From positions 1-43,307 of the forward strand of contig JBDRLW010000004.1 of assembly GCA_043812655.1 (NCBI GenBank): a stretch of 43,307 nt of DNA, given 5' to 3'. Below, one piece after another: positions 28,659-37,140 of this stretch; the first letter of the stretch is position 1, and each line of letters begins with the position of its first letter. Under the pieces are notes generated by a model that searched no databases, was not told the DNA's origin, and saw nothing but the letters and a program-made list of their open reading frames with translations. The DNA comes from a bacterium (GTDB lineage: Bacteria > Margulisbacteria > WOR-1 > O2-12-FULL-45-9 > XYB2-FULL-48-7). The position numbers and the translations under genes are program-made.

Positions 28659-30008
28659 ATGGATCTCTTTGACATGAATGAGAAGGACTACAAAGGAAAA
28701 AACGCCCCTCTTCCCTACCGCCTAGCCCCTAGGAACCTAGACGAAATCGTTGGGCAGGAGCATATTTTGGGGGAAGGGAAATTACTTAGGCGGCTGGTCG
28801 AAACCGACCGGATCTCCTCTATTATATTGTACGGCCCGCCTGGCATCGGCAAAACCGCCTTGGCCAGGGTGATCACCAATTCAACCAAAGGCCACTTTGA
28901 ATGGCTTAATGCCTCGGTCGCCAAAGTCGACGATATCCGCAAAGTCAGCCTCGAGGCTAAAGATCGGATCAAACATAATAGGACAAAAACCATTCTCTTC
29001 CTTGACGAGATCCACCGGTTCAACAAACTCCAGCAAGACGCCCTTCTCCCCGATGTTGAGGAAGGAAACATGATCTTGATCGGCGCCACGACTGAAAATC
29101 CGTTCTTTTATGTTAACTCCGCCCTGGTCTCCCGGTCGCAGATCTTTGAGCTTAAACCGCTTAAAGAAGAAGATCTAAAAAAATTGATCGGGATCGCTCT
29201 GACTGATAAAGAACGGGGCTTTGGGAATTTAAAGGTCAAAATTGATCAGGAGGCGATCGATCATTTGGCTAAATTATCCGATGGCGATGCCAGGCGAGCT
29301 TTATCGGCGCTGGAACTTGGCGTCCTTTCAACTCTGCCTGACAAAAAAGGAACCATCAACTTTGATCTAAAAGTCGCCGAAGAATCGATCCAAAAGAAAA
29401 AAGTCGTCTATGATAAGAAAGGCGACCAGCATTACGACACGATCTCCGCTTTCATCAAATCGATGCGCGGCTCCGATCCCGATGCCGCCCTCTATTACCT
29501 GGCCAAGATGATCTACGCGGGAGAAGATCCCCGGTTCATCGCCAGAAGGATCGTGATCTGCGCCGCGGAGGATGTGGGGAATGCCGATCCTCTAGCCTTA
29601 GTCATCGCTAATTCCGCGATGCAAGTGGCAGAATTTGTGGGCATGCCGGAAGCCAGAATACCACTCGCTCAAGCTGTAACTTATATCGCCACCGCTCCCA
29701 AAAGTAACGCTTCCTATCTTGGGATCAATAACGCCATGAAAGATGTGGAAAATAATCCAACCCTCGAAGTTCCCAATCATCTTAAAAATGCCGTCTATGA
29801 AGGCGAAAAGAAAATGGGCAAAGGGAAAGGCTATAAATACGCGCATGATTACGAAGGCGGTTTTGTCAAACAAGATCATCTTTCGGCTCACAAGAAATAT
29901 TACGAACCAAAAGATATCGGTTTTGAGAAGAAGATCAAGGTTAGGATGACGGAAATAAATAACAATCTCCAAGTTCCAAACGACAAACAATCCCAAAATT
30001 CCAATTAG
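28659..30008 (+). CDS. rarA: Replication-associated recombination protein A (MgsA)
   Basis: VGQEH, GPPGIGKT, LDEIHRFNK.QQD.LLP, GATTENP, HYD.ISAFIKSMRGSDPDA. Confidence 0.96.
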   Translation: MDLFDMNEKDYKGKNAPLPYRLAPRNLDEIVGQEHILGEGKLLRRLVETDRISSIILYGPPGIGKTALARVITNSTKGHFEWLNASVAKVDDIRKVSLEAKDRIKHNRTKTILFLDEIHRFNKLQQDALLPDVEEGNMILIGATTENPFFYVNSALVSRSQIFELKPLKEEDLKKLIGIALTDKERGFGNLKVKIDQEAIDHLAKLSDGDARRALSALELGVLSTLPDKKGTINFDLKVAEESIQKKKVVYDKKGDQHYDTISAFIKSMRGSDPDAALYYLAKMIYAGEDPRFIARRIVICAAEDVGNADPLALVIANSAMQVAEFVGMPEARIPLAQAVTYIATAPKSNASYLGINNAMKDVENNPTLEVPNHLKNAVYEGEKKMGKGKGYKYAHDYEGGFVKQDHLSAHKKYYEPKDIGFEKKIKVRMTEINNNLQVPNDKQSQNSN

Positions 30009-30069
30009 CAATATTTAAATATTGTGTTTTTGGTATTGTTTGTTATTTGTTGCTTGTAATTTGGTGGTT
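29961..30069. repeat. Degenerate inverted short-period (about 7 nt) arrays spanning the rarA stop
   Basis: ccaa/caaa-rich units before the stop and ttgg/tttg-rich units after it; encodes the tail NNNLQVPNDKQSQNSN. Confidence 0.6.
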
Positions 30070-30084
30070 AAACAAGGAGTTTTG

Positions 30085-30888
30085 ATGCGACTTTTAGGCG
30101 CGCACATGTCGATTGCGGGTGGGGTTGATAAAGCCGTTGAGCGCGGTTTATCGATCGGCTGCACCGCTATCCAGATCTTTGTTAAAAATAATAACCAATG
30201 GTTTGGGAAGGCACCCGAATTGAAGACGAATCCACCCATTTTTATTTTTGCCCATACAGGATATTTAATTAATCTAGCGACAATAAAACCTGAAAACCTG
30301 GAAAACTCCCTGAAATCGATGCGCCAGGAGCTTGATTTTGCCGAAGCGATCGGATTACCATTTACGGTCCTCCACCCAGGGGCACATTTAGGCGCAGGAG
30401 AAGACGTAGGCATAGGTAAGGTTGCTGATAATTTAAAGACTTTACTTAAAGAAACCTCTGGCTATAAGGTTAAAGTCGCGCTAGAGAATACTTCCGGCCA
30501 GGGCTCAAGCTTGGGCTATAAATTTGAACATTTGGCTAAACTTTTAGAACTGATCGGCCAGCCAGAAAGAATGGGCGTCTGTTTCGACACCTGCCACGCC
30601 TTTGCCTCAGGTTACGATGTTAAAGAAAAGACGTGGGAAGAGTTTGACCGAATTGTCGGCTTAAAAAATCTTTTGGCCATTCATCTCAATGATTCCAAAG
30701 GCGAACAAGGTTCCAAAAAAGACCGCCATGAACATATCGGCCAGGGAAAAATGGGGCTCGAACCATTTCGTCTGTTAATGAATGATAGTCGCTTTGATAA
30801 CATTCCCATGGTCCTCGAAACTCCAAAAGATCCTGACCTTAAACAGGACGTGATGAACCTTAAACTACTTCGCTCCCTCGTGGTATAA
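30085..30888 (+). CDS. nfo: Endonuclease IV
   Basis: GAHMSIAGG, HPG, LENTSGQG, CFDTCH.FASGYD, HLNDSK, DRHEHIG.G, LETP; AAGGAG before ATG 30085. Confidence 0.95.
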   Translation: MRLLGAHMSIAGGVDKAVERGLSIGCTAIQIFVKNNNQWFGKAPELKTNPPIFIFAHTGYLINLATIKPENLENSLKSMRQELDFAEAIGLPFTVLHPGAHLGAGEDVGIGKVADNLKTLLKETSGYKVKVALENTSGQGSSLGYKFEHLAKLLELIGQPERMGVCFDTCHAFASGYDVKEKTWEEFDRIVGLKNLLAIHLNDSKGEQGSKKDRHEHIGQGKMGLEPFRLLMNDSRFDNIPMVLETPKDPDLKQDVMNLKLLRSLVV

Positions 30889-30895
30889 TTTTTAA

Positions 30896-31558
30896 ATGGA
30901 CAAGCACTATGAAGACTTGGGCTTTGCCAAGGTCGACCATCACCGACATAAGCGGAAAGGCTTCCCCGAGGTCATTTATTGCCAGGGAAAAACGCCAGCG
31001 CAGATCGCCAAGATCGCCTTGAGTATCCACAAAAATGGCCACGATGTCCTAGCCACCAGAGCCGACAAAAAAGCCTACCTTGCCGTCAAGAAAGTTATCA
31101 AGAGCGCAAAATATAATGAAACGGCAAAAATTATTTTCTACCAAAGGAAACCGCGACGTTCAGTCGCTGGTTTGATTACTATCATTACTGCGGGCACAGC
31201 CGACCTCCCGGTCGCGGAAGAAGCGGCAGTTACTTGTGAATTTTTAGGCAATAAGGTTGAGAGGCTCTACGATGTTGGGGTCGCCGGGATCCATCGTCTG
31301 ATCAATAACCTCGATAAGATCGAAAAGTCTAAGGTCGTCATCGTCGTGGCAGGAATGGAAGGGGCCCTCCCCTCGGTCGCCGGCGGGCTAATTGATAAGC
31401 CGATCATCGCCGTCCCGACTTCTGTCGGCTACGGCGCCAACTTTAAAGGCCTGTCCGCCCTGCTGACAATGATGAACTCCTGCGCGCCGGGGATCGGCGT
31501 CGTTAATATTGATAACGGCTTCGGCGCCGCGGTTTTGGCCCACTACATCGTGAAATGA
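30896..31558 (+). CDS. larB: Nickel-pincer cofactor biosynthesis protein LarB
   Basis: D.HR..RKGFPEVIY..GK, AGTADLPVAEEA, DVGVAGIHR, AGMEGALPS, VVNIDNGFGA. Confidence 0.95.
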   Translation: MDKHYEDLGFAKVDHHRHKRKGFPEVIYCQGKTPAQIAKIALSIHKNGHDVLATRADKKAYLAVKKVIKSAKYNETAKIIFYQRKPRRSVAGLITIITAGTADLPVAEEAAVTCEFLGNKVERLYDVGVAGIHRLINNLDKIEKSKVVIVVAGMEGALPSVAGGLIDKPIIAVPTSVGYGANFKGLSALLTMMNSCAPGIGVVNIDNGFGAAVLAHYIVK

Positions 31559-32820
31559 AAATAGCCTACTTTGATTCTCCTTCAGGTCTTTCTGGAAATA
31601 TGATCATTGGAGCACTTCTTGATGCTGGACTAGATAAAGGTTATTTAATAAATGCGCTCGGAAACCTGAGACTAAACGTCCCTGCCTGCCGGCAGGCAAG
31701 GTCGGTTTCCTCGTCTTCTTTTGGAAACCGCGAAGTTCATTCGCTGGTTTCCAAAAGCCACTACAACCTCGTTATCCACAAGACCCAAAAACATAATATA
31801 ACCGGCACCTACTTCAACGTCGACATCAAAGGATCTAATCATCACCGTGGTTTGACTGATATATTAAAAATAATTAAGCAGAGCCGATTGTCCAAGAATG
31901 TTAAGTTATTAAGCAGTAAAATATTCCAACGCCTGGCCGAAGCGGAAGCCGCCGTCCACGGCGTCCCGATAAATAAGATCCATTTCCACGAAGTCGGCGC
32001 TGTCGACGCTATTATCGACATCGTTGGCGCTTGTATTGGGCTGGAAAAACTGGGGATCGAGAAAATATACTGTTCTCCCCTTCCCAACGGCAAAGGGAAA
32101 ATCATCCATGCCCACGGCCTACTACCCAACCCCTCTCCCGCTACCGCCTATCTCTTAAAAGGGGTGCCGATTTATGGGACAGGGATAAAGGGCGAGCTGG
32201 TCACTCCCACTGGCGCGGCCATAATCACCACCTTGGCTTCCGGGTTTGGCGACCTGCCAAGATTAAAGGTTGAAGCGATCGGTTATGGGGCGGGAACGAT
32301 CGACCTGCCGATCCCTAACCTACTCCGAGTTTTTATAGGCGAAGCGGAAATACCGGCCGAAAGGGACGCGGTCTTGTTAATTGAAACCAATATTGATGAT
32401 CTGGCCCCCAAGCTTTACCAAAAGGCGATCGCTCGCGTTATGCGCGCCGGCGCCCTTGACGCCTATATTACGCCGATCTTAATGAAGAAAAAGCGGCAAG
32501 CGGTCCTCCTCTCCGTCTTAACTGAACCGGAAAAGAAAGCGATCATTTTAGAAGAGATATTTGACCAGACAACAACGCTCGGCTGTCGGATTTTTCTTGT
32601 TAACCGGGAAAAGCTCACGCGAAAATTTATTAAGTTCAAAACAAAATATGGTAAAGCCACCGTTAAATTGGGTTATCTTGGTGATAAATTAAAAGTTGTT
32701 GCCCCGGAATATGAGAATGTTAAAAAGATCTCAGAAAAAAATCATTTACCGATGGAAAAAGCTTATAAAGAGATAATTAAATTCATACCAACCATACAAC
32801 CCTCACCCCCGTCAACGTAA
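31555..32820 (+). CDS. larC: Nickel-pincer cofactor biosynthesis protein LarC (with in-frame repeat insertion)
   Basis: SGLSGNM..GALLDAG, HFHEVGAVDAIIDI, ELVTPTGAA, ETNIDD, MKKKR, PEYE. Confidence 0.93.
   Translation: MKIAYFDSPSGLSGNMIIGALLDAGLDKGYLINALGNLRLNVPACRQARSVSSSSFGNREVHSLVSKSHYNLVIHKTQKHNITGTYFNVDIKGSNHHRGLTDILKIIKQSRLSKNVKLLSSKIFQRLAEAEAAVHGVPINKIHFHEVGAVDAIIDIVGACIGLEKLGIEKIYCSPLPNGKGKIIHAHGLLPNPSPATAYLLKGVPIYGTGIKGELVTPTGAAIITTLASGFGDLPRLKVEAIGYGAGTIDLPIPNLLRVFIGEAEIPAERDAVLLIETNIDDLAPKLYQKAIARVMRAGALDAYITPILMKKKRQAVLLSVLTEPEKKAIILEEIFDQTTTLGCRIFLVNREKLTRKFIKFKTKYGKATVKLGYLGDKLKVVAPEYENVKKISEKNHLPMEKAYKEIIKFIPTIQPSPPST
31660..31757. repeat. Composite hairpin repeat inserted in frame in larC
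   Basis: ggaaacctgaga..[cctgcctgccggcaggcaagg]tcggtttcc followed by cttttggaaacc..ggtttccaaaag. Confidence 0.8.
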
Positions 32821-32881
32821 ACTCTTCGCACCCCCTCTCCCTTTGGGAGAGGGGGAAATGTTAGGCTTAGCCGGGTGAGGG
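32800..32881. repeat. CCCTCACCC/CCCTCTCCC palindromic element, second copy
   Basis: ccctcaccc..ccccctctccc-ttt-gggagagggggg-like hairpin..gggtgaggg between convergent genes; may act as a terminator. Confidence 0.8.
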
Positions 32882-32891
32882 CAATTAAATC

Positions 32892-34202
32892 CTAGTTAAC
32901 GATCGTCAGCTTAAACTTCTCGAGCAGCTTATTCTCATCTTTGGCGACGATGACACCGACGTAGATCGCGTTGCCGGCCATATAACCCTGGTCGGTCATG
33001 CCATCCCAGCTGATCTTGTTGACCCCGGCCGAACCCCCTTCTGTGCCAGCCGAGAGGACATACCGTTTGACCCTTTGGCCGGTGACATCGGCAATATAGA
33101 TCTCAATGTTGGCATCTTTTGACAAGATATATTGGATATAGCACGTCTTTTGGGTCAAGCTGGCGAACGGGCTGGGGAAAGTGATCGGTGTGCCGATAAT
33201 GCGGAGCGGGCCGCCCAGCACTTCGACTGTCGCGGTATAGACCGTGGAGATGCCGTAATCGTTACTGGCAGTAAATTCGATCAGGTGAGATCCTTCTGCC
33301 ATTTTTGACGCCTCTGGAATTTCCAATTTAATGGCCATTTCGCTGACTCGATCGACGCCGGAAACATTTTGCGACTTTAAAACCGAGAGAGAAAGCTCGG
33401 CGACCTCGTATTTTTTCGCGGTGGCGGTCCCGCCATCAACGGTCAAGGAAACTGACGAAGATTTAATGCCAGAACTCGGCACATTGGTAATATTCGCATT
33501 GATAACAGGATTGGGAGAAACAACAAATGGGTCCCCCCTAGCTACTAGTACCGGCTGATAGAGGCGATTGCCAAATTTTACGCTCCCGATAACCGGTGGG
33601 GTCGAAGCCTCGATCGCCAAAGCCACCGCTTTGGTCTCTCCGCCAGCAACGGTAACGCTGGCAGAATTAGGGATATAAGAATCCTTGCTAACGTCAACCT
33701 GGTAGGTCCCAGCGTCAACATCAATGGAAGCTACGCCGGCATCGTCAGTCTTAACTACCGGTTTACCGGCCACTAGAACACTCGCATCTTTAACTGCGTC
33801 TCCCGTTTTTGAATCGGTAATGGTTGCCAAAATTATCGTGCCACCCCCACCGCCCAAATTGACCACATCAAAACCGTTGCCGGAAATTGTAAAGGCTACA
33901 GGGCCGATCGGAGCGCCACCAACCGGTTCGGTCACAACATGGTGGGTCGCGCCAACGACCATAAAATTCTGGTCGGGGCCAAAGGCGTTAAGCCGATAAT
34001 TGCCGTCAGCATCGGTCACGCCTAAAGTAAAAGTGGCGGGATTGGCTAGGTCGATCGCGTCTTTATAAAAGTAGACTTTTGTCCCGGCGGGAACACCCCC
34101 AACTTTACCGGCGATCCAATAGACCGGGATAAAGCCTTCCGCCAAGGCTGGGACGATCCCCACCAAAAACAAAAGACAGCTAATTATAAATAGTTTCTTC
34201 AA
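32892..34202 (-). CDS. Secreted protein: carboxypeptidase-regulatory-like domain, Ig-like domain, C-terminal FlgD-like domain
   Basis: Signal peptide (ALA-E); TDDAG....V.AGTYQV.VSK; C-terminal FPSPF..I.Y.L.....I.I.D..G..V..G.N.I.WDG..D.G....N.IY. Confidence 0.7.
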   Translation of the reverse strand: MKKLFIISCLLFLVGIVPALAEGFIPVYWIAGKVGGVPAGTKVYFYKDAIDLANPATFTLGVTDADGNYRLNAFGPDQNFMVVGATHHVVTEPVGGAPIGPVAFTISGNGFDVVNLGGGGGTIILATITDSKTGDAVKDASVLVAGKPVVKTDDAGVASIDVDAGTYQVDVSKDSYIPNSASVTVAGGETKAVALAIEASTPPVIGSVKFGNRLYQPVLVARGDPFVVSPNPVINANITNVPSSGIKSSSVSLTVDGGTATAKKYEVAELSLSVLKSQNVSGVDRVSEMAIKLEIPEASKMAEGSHLIEFTASNDYGISTVYTATVEVLGGPLRIIGTPITFPSPFASLTQKTCYIQYILSKDANIEIYIADVTGQRVKRYVLSAGTEGGSAGVNKISWDGMTDQGYMAGNAIYVGVIVAKDENKLLEKFKLTIVN

Positions 34203-34214
34203 CCTCGCTCCTTA

Positions 34215-34295
34215 TTCGTGAATCGTGAAGCGTGAAACGTGAATTGAAAAACATAAATCAAAAATCTTCCCTTCGTTTCACGACTCACGTTTCAC
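34215..34295. repeat. GTGAA(A/T)C heptamer arrays, inverted pair downstream of the four-helix-bundle gene
   Basis: tcgtgaa-tcgtgaa-gcgtgaa-acgtgaa facing tttcacg-actcacg-tttcac. Confidence 0.85.
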
Positions 34296-34649
34296 CTTTC
34301 CCGCCTTCCCCTTTAAATATCTTATCAAGCCCAAAAGCATTTGTTTTATTTTAGTGACCTGGCCAAAAATATTATTTCCTTCTGATAAATACCCCAATTC
34401 GATCGAGATGATCATCTGGGTTTCAACTTCGGATAAAGATCCCAGCGAAATGTAAAGAAATTGGACAAATTCCCTGTCCGAGCTCCTAGCCGCGCCTTCC
34501 GCGATATTTGATGGCACAGAAACAGCGGCTCGTCGAATTTGACTCGTTAATCCATACAATTCCTCTTTTGGATATTCCTTAGTCAGCTTATAAATATCCG
34601 CGACAAACTTAATGCTTTCATGCCAAACATCTAGTTTCTTATGTTCCAT
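34278..34649 (-). CDS. Four helix bundle protein (23S rRNA IVP / bAvd-like family)
   Basis: L.VW, P.EELYGLTSQIRRAAVSVPSNIAEG..R, FLYISLGSLSEVETQ. Confidence 0.93.
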   Translation of the reverse strand: MEHKKLDVWHESIKFVADIYKLTKEYPKEELYGLTSQIRRAAVSVPSNIAEGAARSSDREFVQFLYISLGSLSEVETQMIISIELGYLSEGNNIFGQVTKIKQMLLGLIRYLKGKAGKVKRES

Positions 34650-34658
34650 TGTTTCCTG

Positions 34659-34702
34659 TCTTCCCCTCGTTTCACCATTCACGATTCACGTTTCACGATT
34701 CC
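34659..34702. repeat. GTGAA(A/T)C heptamer array, leader of the four-helix-bundle gene
   Basis: cgtttcac-cattcac-gattcac-gtttcac-gattcc directly after the upstream stop. Confidence 0.85.
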
Positions 34703-37123
34703 CTATATCTTATTCGTATCAAGTTCTGCCGTAGAATCACGATCGACATAAACCTGGTAACCTACCCCTTTTATCATATCAAAAGCGGGAACATTGGCCG
34801 CATCCGCGACCGTAATCCCGACACTCTGCCCATTTTCCCAGCCATAAATAGCTAACACTTTACAACCTGTTTGCTCAAAAACAGAATTAACAAAAACCTG
34901 GGCGGTAATACCATCCCTAGGCAGGAACACGGTGTTAAACGTCAGTTTATCCGTTGTCGCCCCTTTTAGCGATCCTATAAAGCCACCCCCGCCAATTGTA
35001 ACACCACCTCCAGGGATAGACCCAGTAAGATCATAGCCACCAGAATAATTTCGGCTGGTATCGATCGCCCAGGCTCGGTAATAATAAGTTTCGTTGGGTG
35101 TCAATCCGGTATCATTAAATGTATCTTCTTTATTCTCTCCAACAAAAGCAACAATCTCTGAAGCATCAGCATCGGTAGTATCGATAACATCACCAGCTGT
35201 ATACCTTTTACCATTGATAGGGAAATTAGTAAACTTAAAATCTTTTGAGCCTTTTTTCCTTAAAATAATTGTGCCTGATAAATCCGCGTCTCCTGGATTA
35301 AGCCAACTAAGTAACGCACTGGTTTGGCCAGCCGGCAAACCAAATAATAACTGGACTGGCCCAGGAGGATTGGCATCATATGCTAATTGAACGCCTGAAG
35401 AATATCTCCTTTTTGCTATATCATCAAGGTTATTATGAGTGAATATTGTTACTTGATAGTTTTTACCTACAGGATCAGTAAGTTGACCGGCCTCACTACC
35501 AGCAGGAAAAAGATGTGATTTATCCGCTCCCGGCTCACCAGTAAATTCATAAATCGCTCCACTCGCGCCAATATCACCCGGATGACTGGGATAACTCCCT
35601 TCTTTAACTACAACTCTTCCCCCACCATACCAGGCATCATTTGGATTCGTCCAGCTTACCTGAAGACCATCAGAGGTTTTTGCCCCGCCAATGTTCGTAA
35701 TGTTATGCGGTGGAATACCGGGGATAGCAGTGATCGCCGGACTGCCGCTATAATTCCGTCCTTGCTCCCCAACAAACGCCGCACCATCATGCTGTTCACA
35801 ACCATCATAATTATAAACTTTAAAATAAAAGTTATCGCTATTGGTTAATCCAGTTACCGGCCAGACCGACTTATCTCCAATATCTATCACCCTGGCTGTG
35901 CCAATCGTTTCGTTTAATTCATATTTTTTACCATTATTATTACCGGTGGCACTTTGGAGAGCAACGCCAGCCCAGTCGTTAGAATTATTTTGTAGGTTGA
36001 TACAACCACCATAATCTTTGACTGTTGCCGCTCCTGGATCCTTATTTAAATGCAATGTCACTTTTTGATCACCAGGCAAGTATCCAACAAAATTAGTTAT
36101 TTTGGTCCAGGTTTCCCCGGCAAACATAAAAGGTTGACCTCCATTTTCAGCAATTTCTTGGACATTTTTTGTAATCAATGTCGGGGCTATTGGAGCCACG
36201 AAATCATGTGACTCCTTTGACAGTTCAAACTGATTTTGGTCTTCTAGCGGTGTCAAAGTATTATCAAGGGCCCTTACCCGATACCAGTAAGTCTCTTCGG
36301 TATCCTTTATACCATCATCAACTTTATCTCTAATACCGGTGGTCATTTTCCCCTCATTATTACCATCCAACCATTCAACCACCCCTGGCCCAGTTGTTTG
36401 TTTTAGAGAATGGAGACCGTCATCCGGTCTTCTATAAATTTTAAAGACCAAATTATGCTGGTCATAGTTATCAACGGTTATTCCATAGGGAGTATCATCT
36501 GTCACTTCACTTTTATCCCAAGTCACTTTCAAAACATTTCCAGTCCATAAAGCCCCCGGCTTATCGACAGTTTTCACAATACCAGCTGGATTGCTCCAAA
36601 CTGGCGGGACATTTTCAGTAATGGTAATGGTTTGCGACGCGCCAGCAGAGGTTGAATAATCAGCAGGTGGCGCCCCAGTGTCCGAACCGCTGGCTAATGA
36701 AGAATCCCAATTAAGTGGCCCAGCAACCGCCGTAGTTTTGATGGTAAATTCCGCTTCAAAAACACTTTTCAACACGTTCCCGGCAACAGGCCAGCCGGCC
36801 TGGGCTTCTCCTTTATGGTAGGAGAATTTAAAAACTGTCGGCGAAAAATCAGCTTTATGATCCGACGTCATATCAGTCACATTATCCTTTAGCAGGGTTG
36901 GGGTATTAAAAGAGGTGTTGTCATATTTTATGTAAGCGTCAAGACCAAGCATCCGTTTGGTCGCGGGTATGGTTAAGTTAATCCTGATAGGCCGTTTGCT
37001 GTTTTTTTCCCAGTTTGAAGTGTTTGCCGCATAAAAGCTATATCCTTCCGACCAAGCAGTACCACAACTAAAGACAGCTAAAATCACCCCCACCCCAAAA
37101 CCAAATTTATTTATTCTTAACAT
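34703..37123 (-). CDS. Large secreted protein: cohesin-like N-domain, several FN3-like domains, C-terminal shared module
   Basis: Signal peptide; GLDAYIKYD..F.AEFTIK; FN3-like TYWYRVRALD, LSWLNP.D.D, DTGLTPNETYYYRAWA.D; AAGGAGG before ATG 37123. Confidence 0.7.
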   Translation of the reverse strand: MLRINKFGFGVGVILAVFSCGTAWSEGYSFYAANTSNWEKNSKRPIRINLTIPATKRMLGLDAYIKYDNTSFNTPTLLKDNVTDMTSDHKADFSPTVFKFSYHKGEAQAGWPVAGNVLKSVFEAEFTIKTTAVAGPLNWDSSLASGSDTGAPPADYSTSAGASQTITITENVPPVWSNPAGIVKTVDKPGALWTGNVLKVTWDKSEVTDDTPYGITVDNYDQHNLVFKIYRRPDDGLHSLKQTTGPGVVEWLDGNNEGKMTTGIRDKVDDGIKDTEETYWYRVRALDNTLTPLEDQNQFELSKESHDFVAPIAPTLITKNVQEIAENGGQPFMFAGETWTKITNFVGYLPGDQKVTLHLNKDPGAATVKDYGGCINLQNNSNDWAGVALQSATGNNNGKKYELNETIGTARVIDIGDKSVWPVTGLTNSDNFYFKVYNYDGCEQHDGAAFVGEQGRNYSGSPAITAIPGIPPHNITNIGGAKTSDGLQVSWTNPNDAWYGGGRVVVKEGSYPSHPGDIGASGAIYEFTGEPGADKSHLFPAGSEAGQLTDPVGKNYQVTIFTHNNLDDIAKRRYSSGVQLAYDANPPGPVQLLFGLPAGQTSALLSWLNPGDADLSGTIILRKKGSKDFKFTNFPINGKRYTAGDVIDTTDADASEIVAFVGENKEDTFNDTGLTPNETYYYRAWAIDTSRNYSGGYDLTGSIPGGGVTIGGGGFIGSLKGATTDKLTFNTVFLPRDGITAQVFVNSVFEQTGCKVLAIYGWENGQSVGITVADAANVPAFDMIKGVGYQVYVDRDSTAELDTNKI

Positions 37124-37140
37124 CGAATCTTGCCTCCTTC

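Noticed and set aside
30896..32820. Complete lactate racemase (lar) system
   Set aside because: Only larB and larC are present; scattered lar genes are common and no link to the distant FAD oxidoreductase is supported.
32892..33200. Type IX secretion C-terminal signal
   Set aside because: The FlgD-like/CTD resemblance alone is insufficient, and there are no T9SS genes in the window.
34278..34649. Diversity-generating retroelement suggested by the Avd-like protein
   Set aside because: No reverse transcriptase, and no roughly 100-bp repeat pair with adenine-specific mismatches was seen in the window.
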